Origin: the human T2T-CHM13v2.0 reference genome, Homo sapiens
NCBI RefSeq assembly: GCF_009914755.1
Contig: NC_060929.1
Reading direction: 5' to 3' (one strand)
Length of the DNA stretch: 64,000 nucleotides
In this document: positions 42,036 through 57,179 of the stretch, one piece after another
How the letters are laid out: each line of letters starts with the position of its first letter
How positions within the stretch are numbered: position 1 is the first letter of the stretch
Translations under genes and position numbers: made by a program
Notes under the pieces: generated by a model
Seen by the model: the letters and a program-made list of their open reading frames with translations, nothing else
Databases searched by the model: none
What the model was told of the DNA's origin: nothing

Positions 42036-42889
42036 TCTCTAAAGCAAAGGTTCTTTATCTCTTTTGGAGTTTTAGGCTTGAGAATCTGATGAAAGCTTGA
42101 GGCTCTCTCAACTGCATCACAGATTCCCCAAAGGTCCAAGTTAAGAATCCTTGCTCTGGAACTTAGAGCTTGTCTATCCGTCTCTGGCTTCCACCTGCTC
42201 TAGCACCACTACAAGGAGGGGTGGCCACATACTCCCTGTTTCTCCTTTCATCTGTGCACTGTTGGATGTCACTGATGGTGTGCATTCCCTGCACCAGACA
42301 GCACAGGGATAAGGGCTTGCTACTCCCTCTATGTGCTGCAACTGTAGCCCATGTACTCTAAACAAAAACGAAATGCTCAGGCATGGGGTGCCAGGTTAGG
42401 AGTCCAGGACCAAATAGAAAAGTGATTTCTCCTGGACCTAGGAGCTGTGTGTTGGAGCACAACTGCTAAAACTGCTGAACTTCCTGTGACAGTCCTGGCT
42501 GGGTTATGTTCATGATAGCCAGAGCTTTGTCATCGGCAAGCTTTGGTCTCCAAGAGAACTCCCAAGACAAGTCCTAGATTTTTATTTTCTAGATAAAAGC
42601 ATCTCAACTTGTACCTTCTTAAGCTGTTTTCACCCGAGTAGTCAGTTATTTGGCTCTGAGGGCAGTGCTCTACTTTTTCTCCACAGTCATTCTTGGGCCA
42701 TAACTTGAAGTGGTACTCAGAGCAACTTCATTGGGAAAAGTTCCCTACTCTAAATTCAGGGACTCATAAGAAGGAGGTTGACTCTGAAAAGAGTGCCTAA
42801 AGCTGCAGAGCTTGGCTGCCCTCTGGCTGGTAGAATGCTTCCTTATTCTGAGAGGTGACCCAGGGAAGAAAGGCCTATGTCTTCACTCT

Positions 42890-44065
42890 CACTTTATACA
42901 TCTGAAACAAAAGCTTAATCCCCTTACAAAACCCATCCTCTCCCCATCTTAGTCCTTCCCGTTGCAGTAAAGGGCACCACCATATACACATCGCTCAAAC
43001 AAAAAACAAAGAGCTGGTTCCACATTCTAGTTTCTTTCACCCCTCATATTCAGACTATATCCTGTGTCTGGCCACACCTCATCACCTATACCACTGGCAC
43101 TAGCTCAAGTGATTCTCAAACTTTAGCCTGCATCACCTAAAGGGATCGTTAAAACATATACCACTGGGCTCATCCCAAGTTGCTGATTCAAAGGTCTGGG
43201 GCAGGAGCCTGAGAATTTGCATTTCTAACAAGTTCTCAGGTGATGCTGATGCTATTGATCTAGGAACAACACCTTGAAAACTACTGCCCTAATCTATCAT
43301 ATCCAGAGTGTCCCTATGTCCCACTTTGCCAGAGACCATCTGGTTATGCCTGTTGTCCCTGCTTAATTATTTGTAGCACCCCTGTTTACCTGCACAACTA
43401 TCTTGGTCTGGATGACAAATGATGTGGGCACCAATTTTCTCACCTAACAGCCTCCTCACTGGTCCCCCTATTGCCATGATTGCCCTATGTAATCCATTCA
43501 CACAGTAGCTAGAGTGATCTTCTAAAAAGTACTAATTGGATGATGTCACTCCCTGCTTCCCATTACACTTAGAATAGAAGTCTGACTCTACTATGGTTAC
43601 AAGGCCTCTATGATCTGGCCCTACTTAACTCTCCAGCTTTCTCTCCTTCCTCTCACCCACTTGTTCATTTCTCTCAAGCAATAGTGGTTGCCTTTCTGTT
43701 TTTTAAATGCACAGAGCCCACCGCCACCTAAGGGCCTTTGGCGTTGCTTTTCTTTCTTCCTTGAATGCACTTCCCCCAGATCTTCAGATGGCTAGCTAGC
43801 CCTTTTTCATAATCAAGCCTCAGATCTCATGTTCTTTCTTCAAAGAGGCTTCCCCTGACAACCAAACTGAAATGGTCCCTTCCAGTCACTCCCTTACCAG
43901 TCTGTTTCAGTTTTCTTCCTAGTGCTTATCACTGTCCAGATTGTCTTTCTCATGTATTGTTTTTTTCTGTTGATGGCCTAACACTGAGGGCAGGATTCAC
44001 CATTGCATCTCCAATGCCCAGATGAGTCTGGCACATAGCAGACATTCTGCAAATATCTGATGACA
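42890..44065 (+). mobile_element. L2 fragments interrupted by MER5A-like (~43107-43290) and MER94-like (~43304-43433) MITEs
   Basis: L2 motifs (cagcctcctcactggtc, agagtgatctt, tagtgcttatcact, ctggcacatagcagac); MITE motifs gagaatttgcatttctaacaagttctcaggtgatgctgatgct and ttatgcctgttgtccc. Confidence 0.7.
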
Positions 44066-45084
44066 AAATCATTGGACTCCAGTGAGTCCAGACCATTTTT
44101 GGGAGTCACCTGTGCCTCTGGGGCTGACTTCCTCATCCACTTTGAAGGTGGGTACTGTCGTTACTGCTTTATCTCTCCTCTGTCCTACAGGTGGTATAAA
44201 ACAGAGATCCTAAAGATGAGATGATCTTCTCACCTGCAGTCAGTTAGCTTCCTGCATCTCCCACCTCTGTGTAGGCCCAACATCTCCTCTCCCTATTTAA
44301 TCTCAGAGATGAGGCTCTGGGGCAAGGACAAGCAACCCTGGACTCAGCAGATAGCTTAATGCCCACTCTGCCCCCAACTGCCTCCCAAAACATGGTTGAG
44401 GCTCTAGCCATTCAGCAGGTACTTGGGGCCCCCTTGGCCACTGGGCATACAATGGGCAACATCCTTCTGTACCTTTCTCTTGGTTTGCTGGGCACTCACT
44501 CTCCCTGGAATCCACTAACTGAGGAAAGGGAGGAGACTAGCTATTTGAGAATTGATGTGCCCTGTTTCCAAATGCTGAGGGGTAGGAGGTGTCTAGAGAA
44601 TCCTGGCCCCCATAAGGCACCAGCACCATTGGTGACACTTTACCAAACTTGGGCTACTCTACTCTCTGTTTCTCAGCACTCCACACACACACACACACCC
44701 CAAATATTTAAAATGGGACTGATGACAACTAATCCCCCACCAACAACGTTCCAGTGGTCAAATAGAAATGAGTCTTTCTCCTTGATTCCAAACCTGAAGG
44801 GAAATAAGGTTCCTGGGCTGAGCTGAGTTTAAAATAAATTTAGGCTCCCAGATAAATTTAGGGCTATAGAGTATGGATTCAAATAGCAAAGTCAGACAGA
44901 GATAGGAGAGAGAGTTTGAGAATTTCCAATCAACTCTCCATAAAGTGAGTCCCTTTTGAGAACCAGGCTGCCACATGGTGGGCAGCGGATGGGGAGGCAG
45001 AAGCAAGAACTAGAGCTCTCACTCTGGAGATTATCACTCTGGACGATTTCCTAGGCCTTTGTCTGAGTATTGGTCTTTTGGGGA

Positions 45085-45798
<714 letters not shown>

Positions 45799-46124
45799 CT
45801 ATGGCTGTCTTCACAGATGTAGTTGTATACTGCACCAGATTTATTTCTGTCTTGTCACTTTGTGTCTGTGTTCCAGGCCTGGGGTGTCTGAGGTTTTCTG
45901 GTGGGGGTGGAGTAGAGTGCTCCTTTGAAAAACAAAATGTGGTCTCGGTCTAGGGGCTTTGCTTCCTTCTGGCTTCAGGCAACAGCAGAGACCCAGCCAT
46001 CTGCCAATGGCATGGGATGACTAGAGTTCAGTGCTGAATATTCACTCACCTGTTGGACATCTAAGATGGTAGTTAATCAGCCCTGGAAAACAGCTCTTGA
46101 GTAAGAAAAGGAGTGATTTGTCTT

Positions 46125-46285
46125 CAGCAAGAATTCTTAAGCTGGGGCTTTTGGGGGTCTAAAGCTCCTGAAGTTTTACAGATTATATCCGTATGTGCAA
46201 TGTACATTTTTCTGAGAAGAGGAGCCATAGTTTTCATAAAAACTCTCAAGAGGAGCCACAGCCCAAATAGGTTCAGAATCACTGG
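46125..46285. mobile_element. hAT-Charlie-type MITE, same family as 34160-34322, opposite orientation
   Basis: ttcttaagctgggg...atgtacatttttctgagaagagg.gccatagttttcat..ctcaa..aggttcagaatcactg. Confidence 0.55.
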
Positions 46286-47445
46286 TCCTGATCTGAGAGT
46301 AAAGACAGCATCTTCCTCCATGGGGTCTCTAAAAGACTGTAGCCTTCAACCTGGCTGATCATCAGGACTGTTAGTGAAAAAGCGCCTGGAAGCGGTGTTG
46401 TTTAGGCATTGAGAGAGAAGACAGCTACTCTCCTTATTGGAACTGTGTTGGCTGATTGGAGCCTCCCATATCCATTTGGGAAGTTGGAGTTTTTGAGCTC
46501 ACTAAATATCCCCTATTTTCCCTGAAATTTGGTTGCATGTTAGAAGGTATTCAAACTGACATATGTTGTGCCAAATGAATGGACTGGTCTGGTCTCATCT
46601 CAGAGATGGGGGCAGGGCTGGGTGACTTCACTAGGTGTGTGTTGCTGGTAGTAATGGTAGGAGGCACAGAGGTTGTTTTATGTTGCCCTCACTTGAATGC
46701 TTGGTACGTAGTTTGGTACTTAGCCATTGTTTGTGCATTTATATAAAGGAATTGTTTCCTTTCCTTTTAGAGACATTGAATCTAAGCTCCACAGTCCATT
46801 TTTTTAAAAAATTTCTCAGGGGTCAATGGTTTCTCGTCACCCCGTGGCATCCTTTCCTGAGGGGTCAGGTACCTTGATCTTATCCTCAGCTGTGCTTATT
46901 TATTCCTTAATCCTCACTCTCCAAATCCTGAATCATATCTCTGAAAGTCAAATTGGGGCCTGTGAGATTGTTTGATGCTTCTTGGAATGTGATTCCATCA
47001 CTGAGGCTATGCTTCAATTCTGGCCAGTCCTGATACTGCCTCCTGCTTTTCTCAGTATCCATCATTCTTTTTTACATCCCCTTGCTCATATTAGAAAATG
47101 GCATCGACATCCCTTGCTGCAAAATTTTCCCTTTCTCTTAACCCCAGGTCCATGTGTTCAATGCAGTTTACCAAATGGCATCAGAATGCCACAGAGGTTT
47201 CATAAGACTTGAATGTGGCTGCCGTACTACCTGAATCAGGCAAACACCCTCTGAGCTCAGTCAGCTCACAAGTGGGAAGTATGAGCTGAGAGTAGCTGAG
47301 TACAGTAATTCCCTGGCTTCTCTAGGAAACAGCCTGATCCCCATAGGGTAAGCTGGCTGGTAAAGCCTCCACGCGACAACAGTTTCACTTTGCTTCGGGG
47401 GCCTTGTATCAGAGTGTTCTCCAGACATGAAACAGAGTCATGTCA

Positions 47446-47740
47446 GGCTGGGCACAGTGGCTCACACCTGTAATTCCAGCACTTTGGGAGGATGAGGTGG
47501 GTGGATTACAAGGTCAGGAGTTCAAGACCAGCCTGGCCAACATGGTGAAACCCCGTCTCTACTAAAAATACAAAAAATTAGCCAGGAGTGGTGGTGGGCG
47601 CCTGTAATCCCAGTTACTCGGGAGGCTGAGGCAGAGAACTGCTTGAACCCAGGAGACGGAGGTTTCAGTGAGCCGGGATCGCACCACTGCGCTCCAGCCT
47701 GGGCGACAGAGCAAGACTCTGTCTAAAAGAAAATAAAAAA
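47446..47740 (+). mobile_element. Alu (AluS-like)
   Basis: Full dimer with A-rich tail. Confidence 0.96.
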
Positions 47741-48399
47741 GAAACAGTCCTGTCTCCAAGACATAAGCCTCTGACTTGGAGCTATCAGACCATGCAAGCC
47801 CACCCAAGAATATGGGCATATCTATCATCACTGCCACTGGGGGTCTGGGCAGAGGCCATTATTCCAAGACAGCCCTGATCCCCACAGAGCTCAGGGGGTC
47901 TCATGGAGATTATTAAAGCCCATACAGGGTGACATTTTCCCCATATGCTCTTCCCCAGAAGCTCCCTACTCAGGGAAAGTGAAGTCTTGGGAGCAGTTGC
48001 CTATACCACATCCACTCAGAAAGATGGGCCCAAGGACTGGAGACTGTGATTTCTGACAGAGGCAGCCCTTCCTCCTGCTCCTACCCTGAGGCCAGCAAAA
48101 TTGTTTCTACTCCTTCCATCTCGCTTACTGTCTCTTGTACCCTGCTCCACTTATCAACTCATTTTGAGCTGGCTCTTGATAACTATGACTTATCTCTTGA
48201 TTATAGGGCTCTATGGATGATGGACAATGGGGAATGGCCACCCTCTGGCATTTATTTGCTTCCTCTCAAACCGTGACTTCTTTTGAGGGAATTGTGAGGG
48301 AGCAGATAGGCCTCCAAGGCCATCTCATCTCACAGTCTGCTTCCTAGCAGAATGGGCCACCCCTCAGTCCAGGCCAACTCATTCTTTTAACCTTATTAA

Positions 48400-49040
48400 T
48401 GGTGCCTTGGGTTATACAGAGGCTTTTTATTTTGGTGTAATCAAATGTATTACTCCTTTACTTTATGGCTTTGTATTTTATGGTTCTTAAAGAAGGCTCC
48501 CCTATCTCCAGATAATAAACATACTCTCCTATATTTTCTTTATACTCATTTTATAGTTGTGTTTCTATGTTAGTCCCATCTGGAATTTATTTTCATAAAT
48601 GGTGTGAGTTAGGGATTTTTTTTTTTTTTTTCTGAGAGTCGCATGCTGCCCAGATTCTATAGGCCATCTTTTTCCCCAGTGTCTTGAAATACTACTCTTC
48701 TTGTAATCAAAACTCCTATACATACATGAGGCTATTTCTGGATTCTCCGTTGCATTGAACTTTTTTATATTCTTCTACCAACCATGCTATTTTAATTTAT
48801 GTAGCTTTTAGGTATGGTTTGATACCGTATGTTTTTCTCCTTTGTTTTTTTCCTCCCAAAATCATTTTGCTGTTCTCACATGTTTTTTCCTTCCAGATGT
48901 ACTTTCCAATCAGCTTGTTAAGTTTCATTTAACAAGTCCTATTAGGACTGCAGTTGAGATTTTATTGATTACATAGGAAAGTTGGGGAAGAGTTGATAAT
49001 CTTCACAATATCGAGTCTTCTCATCCAGAAACAGAATGTC
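48400..49040 (-). mobile_element. Old L1 (L1ME-like) fragment
   Basis: ccatctggaatttattttc..atggtgtgagttaggga...ctatttctggattctc...aatcagcttgttaagtt...aatcttcacaatatcgagtcttc. Confidence 0.7.
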
Positions 49041-52000
49041 TCGGCTATGTTCTTAAAGGCCCCCAGGGAAGATATCTTCTCTTTTCCTGACTCCTACAGT
49101 CCCTCAGTTTCCCTTGGCTGGTTCCCTGAGCCACCAGACCCTTGTATTGTAATGTCCTATGATCCTAGCTTACTCATTCTCTCCTCCCATTTAGAAATGG
49201 ATTAAACAGCTGAGCATTTGCTTTTGCTCAGGAATTCTGAGCTTTATCTTTCTAAGACCTAAAAGAACTCCTGGGGGATTGTCCCATCTCTTTTCTCCCC
49301 TGCCTTCACATCCCATTCTCAGGATCTCCCTTCTCCTCTTATTCCCCCAGGAATTCTAATATTTCTATTCTAGAATCATACAGCCTAATGTTTCCCTTTA
49401 TCTAGACTCCCCTGATAACCTGGTTGACCTAAAACAAAACTCCTCATGCTGACCTTCTCTCTCCCTCACATTGTTTTATGTAATTTCTAAGCTTTGTCCA
49501 GACACAGTGATATCCTGGGAGAAGAGTCGAGAGGGGGGAAGAGGAATGGCAGTGTTGGTGATCTGCCATCTCCCAATCCTAAAGGCAAGCGCTTATCACC
49601 CCAGATTTGCCAACAGGCTGAACTCCACAGAGCATCTAGGAAGTCCTAGCCATTTTTGTTCCCTGATTTCTGTCATGTGTACCAGCCTCAAGAGGCAGGC
49701 TTCTAGGTTAGGCTGACTGCCAAAAGCCTAGGGGTGAAGCAAGAAGGCCCTAGCCTCTTCACTCAAATCCCTTTCAGGGACAGCAGTATCCGTTGTGTTA
49801 TTGCCAGTGTGAAAGCCAAAAGGGTCAGAACTAAAGTTGTGTGGCTGTCAGACCAGGTGTCGCAGAAGCCAGAAAGTAGGAAACAGGAGCCCAACACAGG
49901 GTTGAAGTTCTCCCAAAGGGCTGAATGTGCTTTAAGGCCAGGTACAATAGCAAAGGAAAGACACAGGAAGTTTGCCCAAAACCTTTTGCATATACACCTC
50001 CGTACCCATAAAGGCCATAGAGTCCCTACACCCAGACACACTTTGCTCAGCCATGTTCCTCTCTCATTTCTGCATCTACTTGACTTTCTATGCATCACCT
50101 CCTCCTGCTTCCAGGCTCCTCTGAGGCCAGGTCAGCACACTTTACCATTAAAATATTCCGCCTAGCCTTGACTCTTCTTCATCTGCTACTTATCCAGGGG
50201 ATAAGATACCAGGGTAAAGACTGTGGAATTTGATACAATGATTGAAAAGTTATTCTAACATAAGACTATCACAGAAAATAATTTCTAGACATTTGTGTTT
50301 CAAAAGACAAAATGAGCCACTCCCCAGCAGAGCGACCAACTTCCAGAGACAGAAAATCTGCCACAGTGGCTGAAAAGTTCTAGTAACACAAACAGAGCTA
50401 CAGCATCTGATTCCTCAAGATCTCTCTTCTACACACAATGTGCTGCAAAGAATTTTCCCCAGTCCCCACCCCACCCACCAAGTTGCTTAAGACCTAGCCA
50501 GCCACCCAGTTTTACATGTCTAAATCTGAAATCAAAGTCCCAGGCAGGGAGAGGGATTGTCACAAGTAATTGCAACATCCCACAAGAATTTGTTTGGGAG
50601 TTAAAGGGAGCCAAACCTGGGCCTTCTCCAAAGCTTGCAAGTCTGAGCTTTTTGAGAACCACATTTGATCTGTTCCAATGTGTTGAATGTAAATGTTTGT
50701 CTTGTGCCTGCTTGCTAGCTCTTGGGAACTCTGCAGGACTTCTGCTGGTCCACAGTGGTGACAGGTGCATCTTTCCATAGGAGAGGACATAGTGGGGAAC
50801 TGCCTACCGTGAGCTACAGGCCCCCAGAATTGGCCCTTACCCTAAGCCATGCTCCAAACATTAGCCCAGGGGAGGGGGAGGGATGGGGACTCTGAGAGGC
50901 ATGGGATCCAGGTGGCTGCAGGGAGGGACATGGATGGGAGGGGAAGGGACACAGGCATCCTGATGTACCCTGTGTCCTTTCTCAGCAACTCACATTCTCA
51001 CTCTCCCCTTGCCTTCACCCTTACCTTACTTATCTCATTTTATTTTTACATGTTACCTTCATAGACATTATTTTAAGGTAGTGTTCTCTCTTTTTACATA
51101 TAGAAAAAGGCTACTTTCAAAGTGACAGCTTAGGGCTTAATCACAGTAGCTACTCCAGGTATGTCTCAAGACAGCCCAGCATTACTGGGAGGTACAGTTG
51201 GTTGTTATGAACCACATACAATCTTCATCATCATCGTAATCATAGAATAGCCACCACTGACTGAGCCCTTACTTTGTGCAAAGCAGTGGGCAGCAGTTTA
51301 CATATTTTGTGACTCTTCCCTGCCCTCTTGTGAGGCTGACATTGCAATTTCTTTGTTTTACCAAGAAGGGACAAGGCCTGATCAGGTTAAGTGGCCTGCC
51401 CCAGGTCTCCCCGTTGGTCAGAGAGACAGCCTCACCTTCAGAAGACCTGGGACATTGCCATAGCTCATTTTCTTCAGGGAGGACCAGAAGGGAGGCAGAG
51501 CACGAGGAGGCATCTGCCAGCCCCAGCAGTTCAAAACTGCCAGGCATGGCTGGAAGGGACGTTCACACCATGTCTTTTCCGTGGGCCTCAGGCCTCCCCC
51601 AGCTGACTCAGGACCATCAGGACATGATGCCTCAGGGATGGGGATGGTGTGAGGGGAGAGAGGGAAGGCCAAGCAGTTCTGTCTTGGTTCCTTAGAGAAC
51701 CCTTATGTCATCATGGGCCCGTGGTACCCAAGGGGCATCCAAACCCTGATTCCCTCCTCTCAGTTCTTCAGGGCTTCAGGAGCAAGGCTTTCTCTGAGAT
51801 GCAAGGTTATTCCTCATTGATACTACTCTGGCCCTAGCCTCGGAGAACTTGAAGAGAGCCAGAGCAGGCCAAGGTAGATTTTCTACTTGGAGGTCAACAG
51901 TCTTACCCCTGAGAGCCCAATATCCATTCAGCACAGCCTAATGTCTCTCTATTCCCTCTGCTGATTTACATGCCAGGTTTATTTAATTAGCCAGAGGTGA

Positions 52001-52159
52001 GTCAAAGTGCAGCTTGTCCTCAGAGTTAATTAATATTAACTGAGCCACCACACAGTGAGTGACGCCAAGACTGAACTGTGTCCTCTGTATCAGCTTGGGG
52101 AACAAACTTCAACCCCTTGCTCCCGGCTGGGGTTGGGAACCGAAGCCAGCCAAGGAGTC

Positions 52160-52285
52160 AGGCTGATGGGCCTCTGAGCTATTGTGAGGAGTGAATGAGG
52201 TCATGCATCTGACATGCGTGAACACAGTGGTCATGTTTACCACCGTGTCTGACACGTAGCCGGGACTTAGAAATTGATAGCTGTG
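52160..52285 (+). mobile_element. MIR 3' fragment
   Basis: ctattgtgaggagtgaatgag...ccgtgtctgacacgtag. Confidence 0.5.
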
Positions 52286-53583
52286 TTTATAAATTTTGAA
52301 AAGGAATGGCAGAGAAAGGTCCCTGGGAGACCATGTTTCCCTTTGGGGCCTTTTCCAAGGGAGAGAGGAGTGATGGTAGCAGAGGCCATGGGACACAGAC
52401 CCTCAGGCTCCTGCACATGAGCATCATACTTGAGTAAGTGAGGCATGCTTCTCTCTATGTTAACCTAGGCCCCTTGTAGAAGAGGGAGAAGGTGGTAGTG
52501 GCTGACTCCAGAGGAATTCAAGCAAAGCACAAGTAAATGTAGTCTTTCCTTTAGCTGTAATTTAACTGCAAAGAAAAGGAAACCTGGCCTGGGCAAAGGA
52601 GTATGGGCCTATAGGGTCCCCTGCTAGGCCAGGACCCTCTTCTCCTCCTTCCCTCACCCCTGTTCCTGTGCACACCAGAACCCCACCTCAGACTTATCCC
52701 AGAAGAGTTTTGGCCCTGTCCTTCTTCCACATGGTGCTTCCTTGAGCCCCGAGGCAGTGCTAGCGCTGTCCTGTGAAGTGCCCAAAGCCGTCACTTTGTG
52801 GAGAAATTTGGTGACAGTGCTTTCCCTCTATCCTCTCCCTCCTCCAGGGCCACCATGCCTGATAAGCACCTCACAGCTTGTCCTGCTGGTGTGGTTGCAG
52901 GGGAGTCCCATTGCTCAAAGCCCTCTTTGTGGTTGCTGGCTCTAAACAGTCAGCCCCTAACTTTCTCAACTCATCATCTCAGCAGCCCCAGTCCTCCCTA
53001 TGGAAGTGCCCACATAGCCAGTGCTTGAGTGGGCTTTTCAGTCTGTCTTCCAGGCTTGACCCTATCAAAGGTTGCCTCAGAGTCAGGTTGGGAGGTTACC
53101 ATAAAGCAGCCCAGCCTCAGAAATGGACAAGCCTTTCTGGAAGCCAAGACCAAGTGGAGAGACATGCCACTGAGACAGGACCCAATGGTCTGTCGCCAGC
53201 TCTCAGAAAGATGGCTCTCCTACATCAAACACTAGGGCAAGATAAACAGCATCCCTAAGACCTTCCCTGGACAGATTTGGGCTGGAGGGCACAATGAGGC
53301 CTGACAGTTTCATTCTGGGTTTGCCATGGGTTCTATACAAAGCCAGAAGCTGGGTGGGAAGGGAATCTCCCCAATTACCTGAGACGACTTTGGTAGGCAA
53401 AGTAAAATGGGAAATGGGGCAGAAATAGACAGCCAGACTGTCAGCTAAAGCCAGCTCTGGTGAGCCTGAAGTTCGGAGACCCCTGCGCCCCCTGCTGGTC
53501 CCTCAGACAGGCTGCTGCCTTTTGGCTTCCTTCTCCTCAGGGGGCTTTCTGGTCCTTTCTATTTGCCTCTGTATCTGGAATGA

Positions 53584-54087
<504 letters not shown>

Positions 54088-54939
54088 TCAAGAAGCCTGG
54101 AAACCCTGCTTCCCCACCTACAGGCATGCCCCTCAGGACTGTGAAAGTGGCAGCTTTCCTCTCCCTGCCTCAGCCATCACTTCAGAGCAGGCTACTGCTG
54201 CTGCCTCCCAGAGGGGCTTGCAGCCTCCAGCTCTTGCTCCTCCCCTCTGTCTCTAGCGCTGCAGAAACAGATCTTTTATAGGGCCTTTGAGGTTGGCCCC
54301 ACTAGCTTTCTCATGACAGCCCTCCACTATGCTCCAGATTGGTCCAGGAATACTCTCTTTCTCTTTCCAAATCCTGTCCACTTAGCACGTTCTGATAACT
54401 CCAGTGTTCACACTCCAGCCCATCTCCGCCATGCCCTCCCCTGAGGCTCCTGCTGCCAGGCCACTGCTATGCCATTGTCTCTTGAGTGTGTTTGTCTTCT
54501 GAGATTGGAAGCACCAGGAGGTCAACATCTTCCACCTCCCATAAGGCCAAGGGCAATGCCAGGCTCCCAATGTGCACTCAAAGGATCATTTTGAATGCTG
54601 CTCCTCTCCTAATGACCTCCTGGCCCCACCTCAGAGTTCTTTGGGGTGTGGCAGGGCCGGGATGTGGCTGGGTCTCCCAAGGCTGTCATTGTCAGGTCAC
54701 TGCAGAAGGAGGAGAGATATGGGGACATTTTCTAGAAAGGGTGAGAACAAGAGGGAGATTGGGTGAGGGAGGGAAGACCACTCAGGGATGAGATCCCTGG
54801 GTGTTAGTCACCACACTAGTGGGGAAGCCCATGCGGGACTTGGAGGATGTGGATCCAGGGGAAGCCCCCAAATCTCATAGTTGCTTTGTTCTATCGTCTC
54901 TCCCCATGCCTTCAAAGGCGGCCTGCCTTCCCAGTTCCC

Positions 54940-55745
54940 AGCCTCCCGCCAGATTCTTGCGTGACCTCGGGCGGCACCCAGTGCTGCTGTGGACAGCTCA
55001 TTCCGCCGCGGCGGCGGCTGCGGCTGCGGCGGCTACAACGGCTCCCGGCGTGTCCCCGGCGCCGCCAGGGGGCGAATGGGGTGCCCGCCGGCTCCTCGGA
55101 CTCCGGGCGCGCCGGCACTGCGCTCCGGAGAGGCCCGGCCAGGGAAGAAGCAACTTCCCTCCGCCGCCGCAGACCAGCCGGGCAGAGACTTCCAGCCCCA
55201 CCCTCAAGCCCTCTCGGTGGCTCTGTGCGCCCAGGCCTAGGGGTGGGGGGCCGTAGGTGCTGCGCGCCCGCACAGGTGGTCAGGCCGTCAGCATGCCTGG
55301 CTCGTCGCGCACAGAACACTGCCCAGGGGTTCACCCAGCTCCCCTCCCTCCCCTCCGCTGCCCTCCTGGCAGCTCCAGCTCTGCTCTCGCGGCTTTCCAG
55401 GTTTTGGGGTGGGTGATTGAGTAGGCCGCACCTGGGACACTGTGACTGGAGGACGCCGGAATTTAAGGAGGGGACGAGGGAGACGCAGCTCTGTTTCTCG
55501 CTGTACCCCCTCACCCCTCCGAAGCAGCCGCGGGCGGTGCGCAGGCCGTTCTCTGCGTCCTCGGGCTCTGGGTGAGGCTGGGTGCAGCGGGAGAGACCCG
55601 GGGCGAGCTGCTGGGGGCTGTGTGGCCGGCCCCAAGCTGGCCGCGCGCACACGCTGCGCACCTGTTGGAGCGGGCCTCTGCCTGTTCGGACCCGAGCCGG
55701 GCCTCCACGACACAGTCCCCTTGGGCGGCGAAACGGCCACATCTA
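54940..55745. promoter_or_regulatory. Orphan CpG island with a CTCF-like motif
   Basis: Sharp ~800-bp CpG-rich block; CCGCCAGGGGGCGA at 55062-55075; imperfect (GCG/GCT)n at ~55003-55034. Confidence 0.8.
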
Positions 55746-57179
55746 GCTTTAGGTTTGAAAGGAAAACAAAATAGGGGGAAAAAAGTGGGTTTACAGTTGC
55801 ATACGTGGACTCTCTGGGTCAGCTCTTGATGAGGACCAAATATCAGTAGGTCTTTTGGGGCTGCAGCCAACAAGCTGGCAGCTGAGGACAGAGACCTGCT
55901 CCCTGGCCTTGGCACTGCTGGAGATCTTTCAGCTTGATGAGATGCAGTTTTCACAGAAAAATTCTGTTCCTTAGAACCCAAGTGAGTCTTTCTCAAAACT
56001 GCCAGAGTTGGTGATAAACCTGTGTTAAAAAAAAAAAAAAAAAATTCCCCTGTGTGTCCACATACTAGCCAGTATCCACTCCAGGTAAAAGTTTCTACCA
56101 TTGAGTAAAAGGAAGTTATGTTTAGGAAGTTTTTGAAACAGCCCCTCTCTACTTGTCTGCTAGTTAATCACCCACATTTTGTTTTGGTTTGGTTTGGTTA
56201 GATTTGGTGGGGTTTTTTTTATTTGTTTTCGTTTTTTGCAACTTAAAGCAAGAATTAAAAGTTAATTCTGAAGCTTCACATATGCTTTGGCTTCAAATCC
56301 TAACATTCAGCACAGGTTTCCACATGGGGAGTGCCAGGTCTGACATCTGTGTCAGTCCTTATTTTGATTCAGGGTTGGTTAGATAGATGCTCAAATCATT
56401 GAGGGAGGGAAGTCCTGGATGAGGGCACTGCACTGCCCACCAGGGTGTCCATGAGACACTTTATAACCTAAGTGTCTTTCAGACTCTGAGGTGTGGGACT
56501 GGGTTGCAAACTCCAGACATTAACTTTCTTTAGCATCTGGAACCTGGGTCCTAGGAGACTATTTCCTCCTTACTTCATCCAGACATCAAAAATAGACCCA
56601 GCAATTGATCCCATGTTTAGAGGCCCTCAGTGACTCTGCATCCCCAAGGGGAGCCTCATCTCCCAGGACACAGCACTGACACTCTGCAGACAGTACAGGG
56701 GATCTACTCCAAGCCCAGGGCAAGACCCCACACCCACTCCCTCTGTCCTTCAGTTCCCGTATGTGTCTTAGACTCCCTGGCCCTGCAAAGGCAAGGAGTG
56801 ACCTGAAGTCCAGAGCCTCACATGACCACAAGACCCTCAGGTCTAAAGAGTGGCACTTGTTGGAGCCCTGCTCCTGTCCCCACCCTTAGGAGGCTCTGGG
56901 AATGGGGTGGGGGAATAGCCTGTGTGGCCATGGCCTCTGGCTCTGGCTTAGACTACTACCTTGCTGCAGTATTGTGTCTTCCTCAAATTTTCTCATAGGT
57001 GAGTGCTTACCAGGAGTGGCTCCCACAGAGCTTCCCCATTCACCCAAACCTGTCTGGAAGAGCACCCCAGTTCAGCCACCCAAACCTCACCTCTCACCCT
57101 CTTCCAGTTAGCACTGCCTTTTCTCCTTATCCCTGCCAGGGACCCCTTTCTTCCCAGGAGAGATACCCAAATTGTGAGT

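Noticed and set aside
44073-44090. Palindrome TGGACTC-cagt-GAGTCCA
   Set aside because: 7-bp arms are expected by chance in 64 kb.
54801-56101. 150-276-aa ORFs in the 55-kb CpG island
   Set aside because: Mutually overlapping on both strands, low complexity, no family resemblance.
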